IMG/VR virus record: IMGVR_UViG_3300033069_001745
Span: 17,161 to 81,160 of that record
Source: a virus
Taxonomy: Duplodnaviria > Caudoviricetes
Reading direction: 5' to 3' (one strand)
Length of the DNA: 64,000 bases
Shown: in pieces, positions 10,101-16,815 of the stretch
How the letters are laid out: each line of letters begins with the position of its first letter
Numbering within the stretch: position 1 is the first letter of the stretch
Notes under the pieces: model-generated
What the model was told of the DNA's origin: nothing
The model's database searches: none
What the model saw: only the letters and a program-made list of their open reading frames with translations
Program-made: the position numbers and the translations under genes

Positions 10101-11061
10101 GGACGGAACCCCGCCGATCCCGGTGGTCGACGCCGGGGGTATCCAGAGCCCACTGGTGAAGACCAGCCCCAACGGCCTCATCCACGCCGCGGCACGCATC
10201 ACCGCCATCACCGATCTCACCAACCAGCTCTGGGTGCAGATCGTGGACGAGGACGACGAGGTGCTCGTCGAGGAACCCATCGTGGCCAAGCGGGGCGACA
10301 CCGTGGAGTGGACCGCGAGCTACTTCTTGGGCGATTACGGGAAAGAATCTTTCTACCTGCCCGAGTTTGGGTACCGCACCATCGTTGACGAGCCAGTGCG
10401 CCTGGTGTTCGCCCGGGAAGACGAGCTGGTCGATCAGGGAACCAACCCTGAGCCAGTGGTGCCGGGCTACCTGTTCCGGGTGCGCCTCATCCAGAAGGGT
10501 CCGAGCACCGACACCTGGATGGTGGACCGCCTCTCGCTCTTCGACGAGTCGTTGGTATGGGAGTTCTCCGTGGACGGCGGGAACAACTACATCCCCGCCT
10601 ACACGATCAAGAACAACCCCCACGGGCTCTTGACCTTCCCTCGGCCAGGTAACGCCCTACGCTGGCGTCTGACCGCCTACCGGGCCAACCTGCATCTCTC
10701 GGCGGTGCAGATCCGGCCCCAGTACGTCAACCACCCCACGCACCGGTTCTCCAACCCTCAGCGGGGACCCAACGTGTCGGTCTACGACCAGTGGCTCCCG
10801 ATCCAGGAGGACCCGGAGTTCAAGCGGTGGTCGCGTCCGGTACCCCAGTATTGGTGGCTCGAAGGTTCGAGCTTCAACACCAACGTCCCGGTCGATGGCT
10901 TCACCTACTCGAACGAGTATTCGGACTCCTACGAGCGCGAGGTGATCGACAACATTCGCGTCACCTTCAGCGACTCCACGAGCCGTGAGGTGCACTACAT
11001 CCGCCTGATTGAAACGGCGCTGGGTGTACCGGTGGACACCGCAACGATCACGTTGCTCTAA
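1189..11061 (+). CDS. Giant (about 3,290 aa) modular tail/baseplate protein: beta-helix, 5 PKD domains, split alpha/beta-hydrolase, second beta-helix, CBM6/35-like domain, then structural C-terminal half
   Basis: ORF track gives 1180..11061; GTG at 1189 has the better SD (AGGTGA). Motifs: YVSASGNDSNPG, five 'PVAxF...FTDTSTGSPTSWxWxFGDG' PKD repeats, GFSQGG, 'YQAENA...GYTGTGY', and FKPAAT. Confidence 0.85.
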   Translation: MAVDFRALYLQKYPAGGTTLYVSASGNDSNPGTQASPKRQIQSAINAMPSGGGIIYVGDGNYDGFSFYARNFSANSWCHVISQNYLGAKIGGGIGFTQSSFAGIFGLEVNPNNQGVNCVSIQTTTHNIAVWRCWTRNGQVGIGAMGNQGDSSAACNNVYICYNIVSDNAKATVDPFGSSGISFYDPWQKAIFPASTGPDQYGYSNYIVGNLVVWNYQNGEYVDGNGIIIDDGNHTQNYGGPSGNVYTERTLVMGNLTVKNGGRGIQIFETRNVDVAFNTSAYNSWRKNDSAFYGEIGYNAAWGGRMLHNLSYPDANNAYWFSYYNADDIENTGNVFLRGPQYNANGNYPAIDRTADGLNYFKNNAPTVSSEWSGMTFTQADQWRPDGGSGGINKVTLSQTLYDAFSPWPDMFGDLRPARTTGWATGFSESTGGTGTNPGPVAAFTVSNLTPGTGEAVQFTDTSTGSPTSWNWNFGNGASSTSQSPSYTFTTAGTYTVVLTATNTNGSSQSTQSVVVSETTQGPGLVTHPALGKPGHLLTSTQVSTTNSGHPIYRISYQMTSITGTIVSASGLVAVPSGTAPSDGRRVILAGHGATGTNDAAAPSYSPNTGAFSGSVGDVDAWLNAGFIVAQADYEGLTYGGDSSLPHPYMVGVSAGRSLLDCGIACSGLTTVRRSAASVGFSQGGHASLFAGELADTYAVTDSGSVEFNVPAFPSGTPINVTTLGVSASSGANQQTAIQNALNNAASGSIIQFPAGTYLHSGVLQINKPLTIFTTAGAILRGTDPLNMAIQVNADDVRIEGFTVEGVGTSRESNDDTRGGIAILGRARTVIKGCTIKKSSAAGLYIDGASDYYIINNSVQNTLSDSIHNTGSSHHGYVLNNTVTGSGDDNIAIVSYGGQDCNNITVFGNTVTGGNARGLSVVGGRDCILQGNTVTSSSAAGIYIASEPSYSTEGVSNIIIRDNALSGCNTDVARNHGGIFLWGGRPGKPVNNVHIHNNTISGTIAGGAHMVVQGDQVTATTMTNNATSGAKQHRYIEAAAGQWSAAGNTHNGSPVADVGTAIPPANASTPTPIFTQFCAVGFDPVVTSHYVNLIYQAQGSPQYLASIIYGSWIENSSLTRTVVLSSGASSNLPNLLTWDFNTTASNINFGNGSFIANPTTAGGGWGAAMTKNTPGQRKARPSRVYAPNGGLGGGSTWLSAAQTAGTNASLVTGSGGHEIIMVSDAIAWVTSTLNSQGGGGGPQVPAANFSWTPTSPQQNESVQFTDTSTNAPTSWLWQFPEPGQGEAQWATSTQRNPTRTYTTTGTKTVILTATNTAGSSTSTKTLTVVAPGPPVANFTTTPTVGTVGQSVQFTDTSSGSPTSRSWEFGDGTTSTAQNPTKTYSAAGTYNVSLTAANGQGSHTVSRTFTVNQPSVVDVYQAENAQIVSSMYPGDPEGMHVVSEAPGYTGTGYMGYWGQPNEILRFSIPGATAGQYSVKWRYQKCDFDTPTSLQLWVNGAQVSVVQFSRTGTDWLGNTWIESPALTLNFQSGTNTVELRHVDQDWLYVDLDYMSVQSLTPPGNPPVASFTRTPTGAVETGVNISFTDTSTGSPTSWNWDFGDGTTATSQNPTKTYTGAGSYTITLQAVNQYGTASTTSTITVTSPPPVPQPPVAAFLASATQVTVGQVVTFTDQSTNAPNSWHWNFGDGVTTTAHNPTHAWTAPGTYSVTLIAANTDGSDDVSRQIIVIAPPVLEPGDPIPINRFEFTVMPKRGLSLAEEVNLRRVLSLFKPAATRLHVQPLGDAAIDDVPVIRVAADSEWWEVVGSVVTRPGTEWAYADPGDVTTPREQPRPPFASYQGEHWSYAGDVANIVAYADDVGQLRQNYFQRVAYADGTFFDFRPDLGCRWPQDAITELLASDGALVAHPLAIEHTSGKERWVDRVGPVRTRTSISTSGILPLYFNGVSIEDLAQRADSIFSVHRRQAGVPQRFWSTTERPKHDPIIECLEIRLRSSQRVNRVKFELAHFPQRAWCEAWSDATESWRPVWTSNIVDSIPSNLVNRVDSIDHLHPQHSLSGHWVEYDLTIDPTVASRWRLRLQRLATGTPPLNAAGKESDYSLGVRGFDLSYHIADRIDIPRLPVGEPVGTSVDPLGSRMLYSVRERLAPLAIDGDSSTAWLSEPQPTARAVVNFYADVRTSGGDGQIIDRWYLDPIKPGPTLNLYYSNDTALGRHPAVDTPLGIEKVEAEGLYTAIDDGISFDGAAPAYFLIDNSLIQFDHTRDWWIGVEVQPRFSGDNADSAIFSFDQFTCQFSDQSIVFATPGGGDTVLPLSWSDGQVIRLVVEYRASQRTISISAQVTYGDIESITQTLPMTLVGSIHTLRIGVDPGLSIPPDFVIRKLVINQSGLEDLNDFLSDPDGYVVKAVHAVVDTGRTNGAILRMHRNFVDPESNPFGLVGGPGNGFAALRWTPIPRDYRLQKGWLDIPPIKARFWKFEFSQLVIEPIEVRMPLHRAVQVFPQVAQSTHVVTREDPTIDIPAFDEFSRQWRTYSDTPSLTPEPDQTKIMPTALLYSSDPSGVQRLRSQSWSHGFTDWHVGSDRPRFLQEGVHTYDTIIYEQAEKIGFFVGLKEIRAARTSHRGVDNPMVINERLHDATRLAVNQWSHTAGNLWSGSSITNPAVVESAIIPTRTRISALQFAAQISDPVQLLPDDQFRSPRLTDYNWTDPQGWQQIGDAWIEYRTYDQQVLIRRAYLPPVTADPLDQGIVRDIVHPVFSTRGAPESILPSDFPGTVFYSMDFDAPNGTDPATLPHANFKSSSTGGYLTIQNNRLKSVYGTAAAYGAVNQFATTQLPTKDISAVFDVTVGDTSREHFVLLLWNHDFVAAGWVLRIEPSSNQIRLLTQSGGVMTAVAVAPVTMVSGETWRIRLEHRNNQVKVRTWTGLIEPTAWNISYNSSWVPATTYGVQFFFYGGNAARGATENPVYIDNLVLSDKWWDGTPPIPVVDAGGIQSPLVKTSPNGLIHAAARITAITDLTNQLWVQIVDEDDEVLVEEPIVAKRGDTVEWTASYFLGDYGKESFYLPEFGYRTIVDEPVRLVFAREDELVDQGTNPEPVVPGYLFRVRLIQKGPSTDTWMVDRLSLFDESLVWEFSVDGGNNYIPAYTIKNNPHGLLTFPRPGNALRWRLTAYRANLHLSAVQIRPQYVNHPTHRFSNPQRGPNVSVYDQWLPIQEDPEFKRWSRPVPQYWWLEGSSFNTNVPVDGFTYSNEYSDSYEREVIDNIRVTFSDSTSREVHYIRLIETALGVPVDTATITLL

Positions 11062-11071
11062 CCGATCGAAA

Positions 11072-11106
11072 TTTTCCACTTGGTTTCCACAGTTTGATGT
11101 GGATAA
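11072..11106 (-). promoter_or_regulatory. DnaA-box cluster: one perfect TTATCCACA (as TGTGGATAA, 11098-11106) plus two degenerate boxes
   Basis: Intergenic AT-rich gap after the tail gene. TTTTCCACT and GTTTCCACA lie upstream of the perfect box. Confidence 0.5.
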
Positions 11107-11146
11107 CATGGGGGAACCTCCCACCGGCTGAAGGGGGTTCCCACCC

Positions 11147-11449
11147 ATGTCCATCGAACTGCACCTGAACCAGCAAATCCTCGCCCTGCGGGTCATCGAG
11201 CGCGCCCTGCACTCCCCCGAGGGCTGGAGCTTCCGTGTCGGCGGGTGCACCGAGCACGTCCAGGTCATCACTTCCCCAGACGCGGTGGCCCTGTGGGGTA
11301 CGCTCGACCCCGGCGGAGCAGAGATCCTGCACGTCGAGGTGTACCATGACGACGACCTCCTCCTGGTGCGTCCCTTGGAGGTGCCCGACCCCGAGCGGAA
11401 GGTGGAGATCGAGTGGGTGTTCGCTCTGGAGCACTACGTGGACCGGTGA
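11147..11449 (+). CDS. Hypothetical protein
   Basis: ATG start, phage-like codon usage, GTGA coupling to the next gene. Confidence 0.7.
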   Translation: MSIELHLNQQILALRVIERALHSPEGWSFRVGGCTEHVQVITSPDAVALWGTLDPGGAEILHVEVYHDDDLLLVRPLEVPDPERKVEIEWVFALEHYVDR

Positions 11450-13008
11450 CCGGGCCGTTCTACAGCTCTCCTCGCCTTTACCTCTTCCAGGCGAAGGCCG
11501 CGGCGACTAGCTATCTTCGTGATAATAATCTGATTATTTATTCCACGGGGATAGGCAAGACCCACATCGCAATGATGACCTCTGCCCTCTTGGCAGAGGA
11601 TGGTCTCATCGACCACATCCTGGTGGTGTGCGAGGCGAACAAGGTCACCGAATGGATCGGTGACTACCGCACCTACTGTAACTTCGAGCGGGTCGAGGGG
11701 TATCTAGGGAGCAATCGCCTCCAGCTACTGGTCGATCCGCCCGACGTGCTGGTCACCACCTACGAGACCTCGCGCAACGACATGGCCCAGAAGCGCCCGG
11801 GCAAGCCCCGAGCCCTAGACAGTGGTCCGCTGACCGGAGTGTTCCAGAACCGGCGGGTACTGGTGATCTACGACGAAGCCAGTCGTCTCAAGAACCGGTC
11901 CTCGGGTATCTATCGCCACCATGAGCACTTCTTGGGCCAGATGCGCAAGCACGGTGAGGTGCGCACGATGGCACTTACCGCCACTCCGGTGGAGTCGAGC
12001 CCGGAGAACGTGTTCAACATCGCTCGCTTGCTCGACCCTACAGCGTGCTCGGTGGCCGAGTTCGAGCGACTCTACGTCAAAGGCGGCCGGGATCTTTACG
12101 GCAACGCTTTCGGCTACCACCACATCGGGGACCATGACCGCGTGTGGCCAGGTGAGCCGACGCTCTACGAGCGCATCGCCCATCTCGTGCAGGTGAAGGA
12201 CAAGTTCGATCTGGACGTGATCGACGAGTTCCCCCACCAGGTGGAGACCTTCGAATGGGTCGAGCTGCCAGCGGCCACCAAGAAGGTGTACACCAGCTTG
12301 GTCAAGACCGATGAGCAGTTCGGCGGCGGCGGGCTCATGGCGCTTCGCCAGTTCGCGTGCCACCCGGCTTCGCTCCTGACCTCACAGAGCGACCTGGCGG
12401 TCTGGGCCCAGCAGAACCTGGGCGAGATCATAGCCAAGCTGGCGGCGCCCAAGCTGGATGCTCTCCTGCACCATCTGGACCGCTTGGTGCGCGAAGAGGG
12501 CCGCAAGGTGGTGGTGTTCACCTTCTTCGGCCAGTCAGTGCTTCCGTTGATCGTCGGGGCGCTCACCAAGGCGGGCTACTCGGTGGCCCAGTGCCATGGA
12601 CAGCAGTCGGCCCAGGAGCGTGACGACGAGCGGACTCGTTTCCGCTCCGGCCCGGCCCAGGTCTACGTTTCCTCCGACGCGGGCTCCCGAGGGGTGAACC
12701 TGCCCGAGGCGTCGGTGGTCATCAACTACGAGATGCCCAGCTTGCACGCTATCTATGAGCAACGCATCAACCGTATCCACCGCATTGACTCCGAGCAAGA
12801 ATCAGTGCTTGCCTTGACGCTCATCTCCCGGGGAACCGTCGAAGAAGCTCTGGCCCAGGTGGCCATGGAGCGCAACGCCTGGTTCGACACCTTCGTGTCG
12901 GCCACCGAGGCAGCGGGAGTCTCGGTGCAGCGGCCTACGGCCGAGCTGCGTCGGTCCTTGATGGCCGAAGCGATCCGGCAACCGGTGACCGAAGAGCCTC
13001 AGGGCTAG
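11446..13008 (+). CDS. SNF2-family (SF2) helicase/ATPase
   Basis: Motifs YSTGIGKT, DEASRLK, ALTATP, SSDAGSRGVNL, QRINRIHR; start placed at the GTG overlapping the upstream stop. Confidence 0.9.
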   Translation: MTGPFYSSPRLYLFQAKAAATSYLRDNNLIIYSTGIGKTHIAMMTSALLAEDGLIDHILVVCEANKVTEWIGDYRTYCNFERVEGYLGSNRLQLLVDPPDVLVTTYETSRNDMAQKRPGKPRALDSGPLTGVFQNRRVLVIYDEASRLKNRSSGIYRHHEHFLGQMRKHGEVRTMALTATPVESSPENVFNIARLLDPTACSVAEFERLYVKGGRDLYGNAFGYHHIGDHDRVWPGEPTLYERIAHLVQVKDKFDLDVIDEFPHQVETFEWVELPAATKKVYTSLVKTDEQFGGGGLMALRQFACHPASLLTSQSDLAVWAQQNLGEIIAKLAAPKLDALLHHLDRLVREEGRKVVVFTFFGQSVLPLIVGALTKAGYSVAQCHGQQSAQERDDERTRFRSGPAQVYVSSDAGSRGVNLPEASVVINYEMPSLHAIYEQRINRIHRIDSEQESVLALTLISRGTVEEALAQVAMERNAWFDTFVSATEAAGVSVQRPTAELRRSLMAEAIRQPVTEEPQG

Positions 13009-13039
13009 CTCTACTCTAAAGAATTTAGAGTCTGAGCTA
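13006..13039. terminator. Hairpin between convergent genes (possible bidirectional terminator)
   Basis: ACTCTAAA-GAA-TTTAGAGT inverted repeat, extended by TAGCTC/GAGCTA. Confidence 0.5.
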
Positions 13040-13051
13040 GCTCACTGAGCG

Positions 13052-13309
13052 TCAGCCCCGGACCTTCCAGGTGGTCATCCAGTCCTCAGGGGTGTGTCCA
13101 CCCCAGCGGCCACAGCCGCAGTTCCAATCAACCTCGCATTCACAACCGGGGTTCGCGTCGAGCCAATCCTCCTCTTCGGGAGTGGTTGCGGCCACCCCGT
13201 GCTCCAGGGCGTAGGTGCGCTCCCACTCGTCGAGTTCGGCGTCCGTCAACAGTTCGTTGTCCATGCCTTCACGGTACCCCCGGAGCATCCTCGGGTCAAC
13301 CTTCTCCAA
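13052..13309 (-). CDS. Hypothetical acidic, Cys-containing protein
   Basis: 85-aa ORF with a 'CECEVDWNCGCG' motif, converging on the hairpin. Confidence 0.6.
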   Translation of the reverse strand: MEKVDPRMLRGYREGMDNELLTDAELDEWERTYALEHGVAATTPEEEDWLDANPGCECEVDWNCGCGRWGGHTPEDWMTTWKVRG

Positions 13310-13685
13310 GAAATTTATTCTTCTACAGTCCGGTTCCCCGCGATGGCCTCAGCGAGAGTGGGAAGACATCATCCTGCGGAGCCGGTCCAGGGTGAGGGTC
13401 GGGGCACACCGATGATGGAGGACCCAGAGAGGACGCCGGAGGCGTCTAGGAGGGTCCCTCAGGTACCTCGGGCGGTGATCGAACCCCAGACCATCCCGAC
13501 GAGCCCCGAGCTGAACGACCAGGGTGGCCGCCTGGAGCAACTTCCGGTGGATCGTCTTTAGTAGTAATTACCTAAAAGAAAACGACTCCTGGCGATCCAC
13601 CGGAAGTTTGGGTTGAGAGCAGCCGAGCGAGCCAGGTTGAGCGATCCATCAGCTTGCTTCGGAGCCGGAGGGGGAGTAGAACGAG

Positions 13686-13722
13686 CAGAGCCCGGTGACC
13701 TGTGGAAGATCACCGGGCTCTG
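13686..13722. repeat. Perfect 13-bp inverted repeat
   Basis: CAGAGCCCGGTGA-(11 nt)-TCACCGGGCTCTG in the non-coding region upstream of the iteron-like array. Confidence 0.8.
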
Positions 13723-13764
13723 AAATTTGTTCCTGCGAAAGAACAGACACAAAGAAGGATGAAC

Positions 13765-13915
13765 TTCAATGCGTCAGACAAACACGAAGGAGCTTCAGTG
13801 CGTCCTAGACCAGAGGTGAACCGTCCTAGACCAGAGGTGAACCTCAGTGCGTCCTAGACCAGAGGTGAACCTCAGTGCGTCCTAGACTCGGAAGGAGCTT
13901 CAGTGCGTCCTAGAC
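13765..13915 (+). repeat. Iteron-like direct repeat array (CGTCCTAGAC core, 28-bp period)
   Basis: Core at 13801, 13822, 13850, 13878 and 13906, plus a degenerate copy at 13772. A 25-bp perfect repeat occurs at 13786-13810 and 13891-13915. Confidence 0.9.
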
Positions 13916-15099
13916 AATCTACCGCAGATCTGGTAACGGGCGCAAGCCCTAGGCCACCGAAACCTCGACTCGACACCGATCATCACTGCGACGTGATGGG
14001 GTGGTTCGAGCGCCCGGGGGACGAGAAGCTCGTGCTGAAGCGACTCTTCTGCCGCCAGACCACCTGCCGGACCTGCTGGGAGATCAGGGTTCCGGTCCTC
14101 CTGGAGGACGTAGATTTTCTTTTCTTCGAGCCGGATGAGATGCCGAAGAAGAAGAACTGGCATCACTACGTGTTCCCGCCCATGCACCACCGCAAGCGCC
14201 GGGACACGTGGGTGGGGTGCTTCGAGCCCGCCGACGCCGAAGAGCGTCAGAGCATCCTGGATCGGTGGTCCGACCGGAAGCGCAAGAGCTTGCCCGATGT
14301 GTCCTACTTCTGGATCGAGGACCTCGAAGACCGCATGTGGCTCTTCGCTGACCAGGACATGTCACTGCGCAAGTTCGGCAAGCGCCGGGCCTTCGAGTGC
14401 CTCCTCTACCCGGCGAGCTGGTCAGGCTTCGGGCCTTGGAACCAGCTCGAAGAGATTGTCAAGCCGGGGTACAAGACTCGCTCGGCCACCTTCGAGCTGC
14501 GCGACTACGCTGTGATCACCAACTGGCGTGAGCGAGACCCCAACCGCGAGAAGCACACGCTGGTGGCGGTGGTGCCGAGCGGGGTGGCCGGTGAAGCCAA
14601 CCGGCTGGCTTGGGAAGCCCGGGGCGTAGATGACGGCGACTCCCAGCCCGAGGGCCAACCCTCGCTGGTCGGGAACATCCCCGACGACCTCTCCGCGAAC
14701 GAGGTGGTGGTACACCTCGACCAGGCCCGCTCCACGATGATCAAGCGCAAGATGGGGATGACCGACGAGCGGGTGCGCTGCCTCAGCATCTCGGCCGCTC
14801 GGTACAACCTGCGCCGGGTTGCCGCCGGGGCGGAAGACTTCGTGCTCCCGGGCTCCATGGTGGACGAACCCATGCCGGTGATCGAGCCCGAGGTTTCGAG
14901 CTTCCGGCCGGTAGTGGTTCCTGGGGGCACCCCGGCTCCTCGGGCTGGGTCTGGGCCGTCAGGAGCATCACCGCCGAGGTTCGGTCGGGTACCGAAGCCT
15001 CAGGCGAGCCCGGCCAAACAGCGAGCCTTGCTGCGCTGGTGGGCAGGCCAGGACGCCCGACCTCTGACGGCATCACACCGGGTGGTGCTCAGGGAATGA
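13903..15099 (+). CDS. Hypothetical protein, possible replication initiator/DNA-binding protein
   Basis: SD GAAGGAG plus GTG start inside the last repeat; N-terminal C-x4-C-x2-C motif. Function is inferred only from context. Confidence 0.55.
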   Translation: MRPRQSTADLVTGASPRPPKPRLDTDHHCDVMGWFERPGDEKLVLKRLFCRQTTCRTCWEIRVPVLLEDVDFLFFEPDEMPKKKNWHHYVFPPMHHRKRRDTWVGCFEPADAEERQSILDRWSDRKRKSLPDVSYFWIEDLEDRMWLFADQDMSLRKFGKRRAFECLLYPASWSGFGPWNQLEEIVKPGYKTRSATFELRDYAVITNWRERDPNREKHTLVAVVPSGVAGEANRLAWEARGVDDGDSQPEGQPSLVGNIPDDLSANEVVVHLDQARSTMIKRKMGMTDERVRCLSISAARYNLRRVAAGAEDFVLPGSMVDEPMPVIEPEVSSFRPVVVPGGTPAPRAGSGPSGASPPRFGRVPKPQASPAKQRALLRWWAGQDARPLTASHRVVLRE

Positions 15100-15432
15100 G
15101 GTTTTCTTTGATGTACTTTATTTGTTCCGAGTAATCGACTGTGTCGGCCTCATCATTGATAATGATGAGCGCGTTCATATGTCGATCCGAAAGCCAGCTC
15201 GGTCGACATTCAGATGGGATAGTGTCGGAGCATCCATCAACAGAGAGATCATCGTCGTCACACTCCGCCGCCCCGGCGGCGTGGACGAGCACACCGAGGC
15301 AGCACGCGTTGATGTCTCCGGAGTGCGCGATGTACCCGAGGGCTGACTGCGTGTGGAGGTAGTTGCCGCTCTCTAGTGCATCCAGGGCGAACGATCATCA
15401 CTGTGCCGCAGACCTGGCACGTCCAGGTCGGT

Positions 15433-15744
15433 TCAATGCCCATCGTCGGTCCCCATGGCCGCCGCGGCTTGCTTCACGCGATCGGAGCGCATCGTGTCGA
15501 GTGACTCTTCAACGGTGGCTCGAAGCTGATCTGAGGTGAGCCCCCAGGGGGAGCGGATGTTGCACCCCCGGTTGATGATGGTCTCGGGGAGCGCCCCCGG
15601 GATGGCCAACGAGAGGTAGAGCATGGTGCCATCGGTCGGGGTGGGGAAGACGGTGGTCTCCCAGAACACGCCGTCCCCGTTGTCCAACTCCTCCATCCAC
15701 GATTCGATCCAGTTGTTGATGCGCGCCAACAAGCGCTCGGCCAT
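15433..15744 (-). CDS. Hypothetical protein
   Basis: ATG at 15744 (MAERLLARINNW...) within ORF 15433..15909. Confidence 0.6.
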   Translation of the reverse strand: MAERLLARINNWIESWMEELDNGDGVFWETTVFPTPTDGTMLYLSLAIPGALPETIINRGCNIRSPWGLTSDQLRATVEESLDTMRSDRVKQAAAAMGTDDGH

Positions 15745-15932
15745 GGGTACTCCGTTCGGGAAAGACAAAGGCCCCCGGACACTGGTCCGAGGGCCTCTAT
15801 CCGGTTGAAGAAGCGCCGGATATTGGATTACCGAGCGGGGATCGCTAACCCGTCGGCATCGGAACCTGCGCTTGTTGGGCACTCTAGTGCCATTCCCTCC
15901 TTCCGGCAAGGCAACTCATGATCAACCGGTAG

Positions 15933-15962
15933 TTGACAAGCCGGGCGCCGGGGTGGCAAGAT
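15933..15962 (+). promoter_or_regulatory. sigma70-type promoter
   Basis: TTGACA-N18-CAAGAT upstream of the 15997 operon. Confidence 0.55.
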
Positions 15963-15996
15963 GATCTGGTCCCTCAAGGTTGAAGGAGCACACGAG

Positions 15997-16308
15997 ATGA
16001 CGGTGACCTACCGCAGAGCGAAGACGGGTGACTGGGTGGCCTACGGCCCGGTCAGCGAGGTGCGCGAAGGCCCCGTGCGCATCCGCAAGAAGGACGGCTC
16101 GGAGAAGATCGACACCGTGGTGCGCCTGGGTGCGCCGTTCGCCACTGCCCAGGGCGACTACGTCTATGGCTACCTGGCCCCGAAGTCCACGAGTGACAGC
16201 GGCCGCTCGAACCGCTCGCGAGCGCCCCACGGGATGATCGAGTGTGACGAGTGCGGCGACTTCGTGCGCCCCGGTACCCGATGCTGGGAAACCGGGGCGA
16301 TGCACTGA
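15997..16308 (+). CDS. Hypothetical phage protein with C-terminal Zn-ribbon-like motif
   Basis: SD GAAGGAG; 'CDECG...CWETG'. Confidence 0.7.
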   Translation: MTVTYRRAKTGDWVAYGPVSEVREGPVRIRKKDGSEKIDTVVRLGAPFATAQGDYVYGYLAPKSTSDSGRSNRSRAPHGMIECDECGDFVRPGTRCWETGAMH

Positions 16309-16565
16309 TGACCAGCAAGCGTGAGATCGGGGTGTTGCTGTTCAACGTGCACTCGGGCAAGCATCCCGGAACGTGGCGTTGGTCCGAGCCCCTCCAGTCC
16401 GTGGTGTATCTTCCTGCGAACCTGCGGGATCGTGATCAGTGGTTCCCGTTGATCGAACGCAAGAACAACCTGGAAGGTGCGTTGAGCATGGCTTTGCTTC
16501 ATGCCTTTCAGGGGCATCACGCTGAATCTCAGCGCAAGAGAAAGGTGGAACCTCGTGGAGGTTGA
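16308..16565 (+). CDS. Hypothetical protein
   Basis: TGATG coupling to the upstream gene. Confidence 0.6.
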   Translation: MTSKREIGVLLFNVHSGKHPGTWRWSEPLQSVVYLPANLRDRDQWFPLIERKNNLEGALSMALLHAFQGHHAESQRKRKVEPRGG

Positions 16566-16785
16566 CGATCTGCTGGATAGCACGGAGCTTGCCGCTCTTC
16601 TCGGGGTGACCCGACAGAGCCTGAGTAGCATGCGAGCCCGGCCGGAGCGCCATCCCCGCATCGCCAACCTCCCTGCACCATTCCGCACGGTGTCCCGAGT
16701 GCCGCTGTGGCTCCGGTCTGACATCGAGCGCTGGATGGAAGACATGAGCGAGACCAGTCATCGCCGCACCGGGCGATCTTCCTAG
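16555..16785 (+). CDS. AlpA/excisionase-like HTH DNA-binding protein
   Basis: 'LLDSTELAALLGVTRQSL...PAP...PLWLRSDIERW' pattern. Confidence 0.7.
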   Translation: MEVDDLLDSTELAALLGVTRQSLSSMRARPERHPRIANLPAPFRTVSRVPLWLRSDIERWMEDMSETSHRRTGRSS

Positions 16786-16815
16786 CGGAAATTCTTTTCT
16801 GAGATCGGGCTGACC

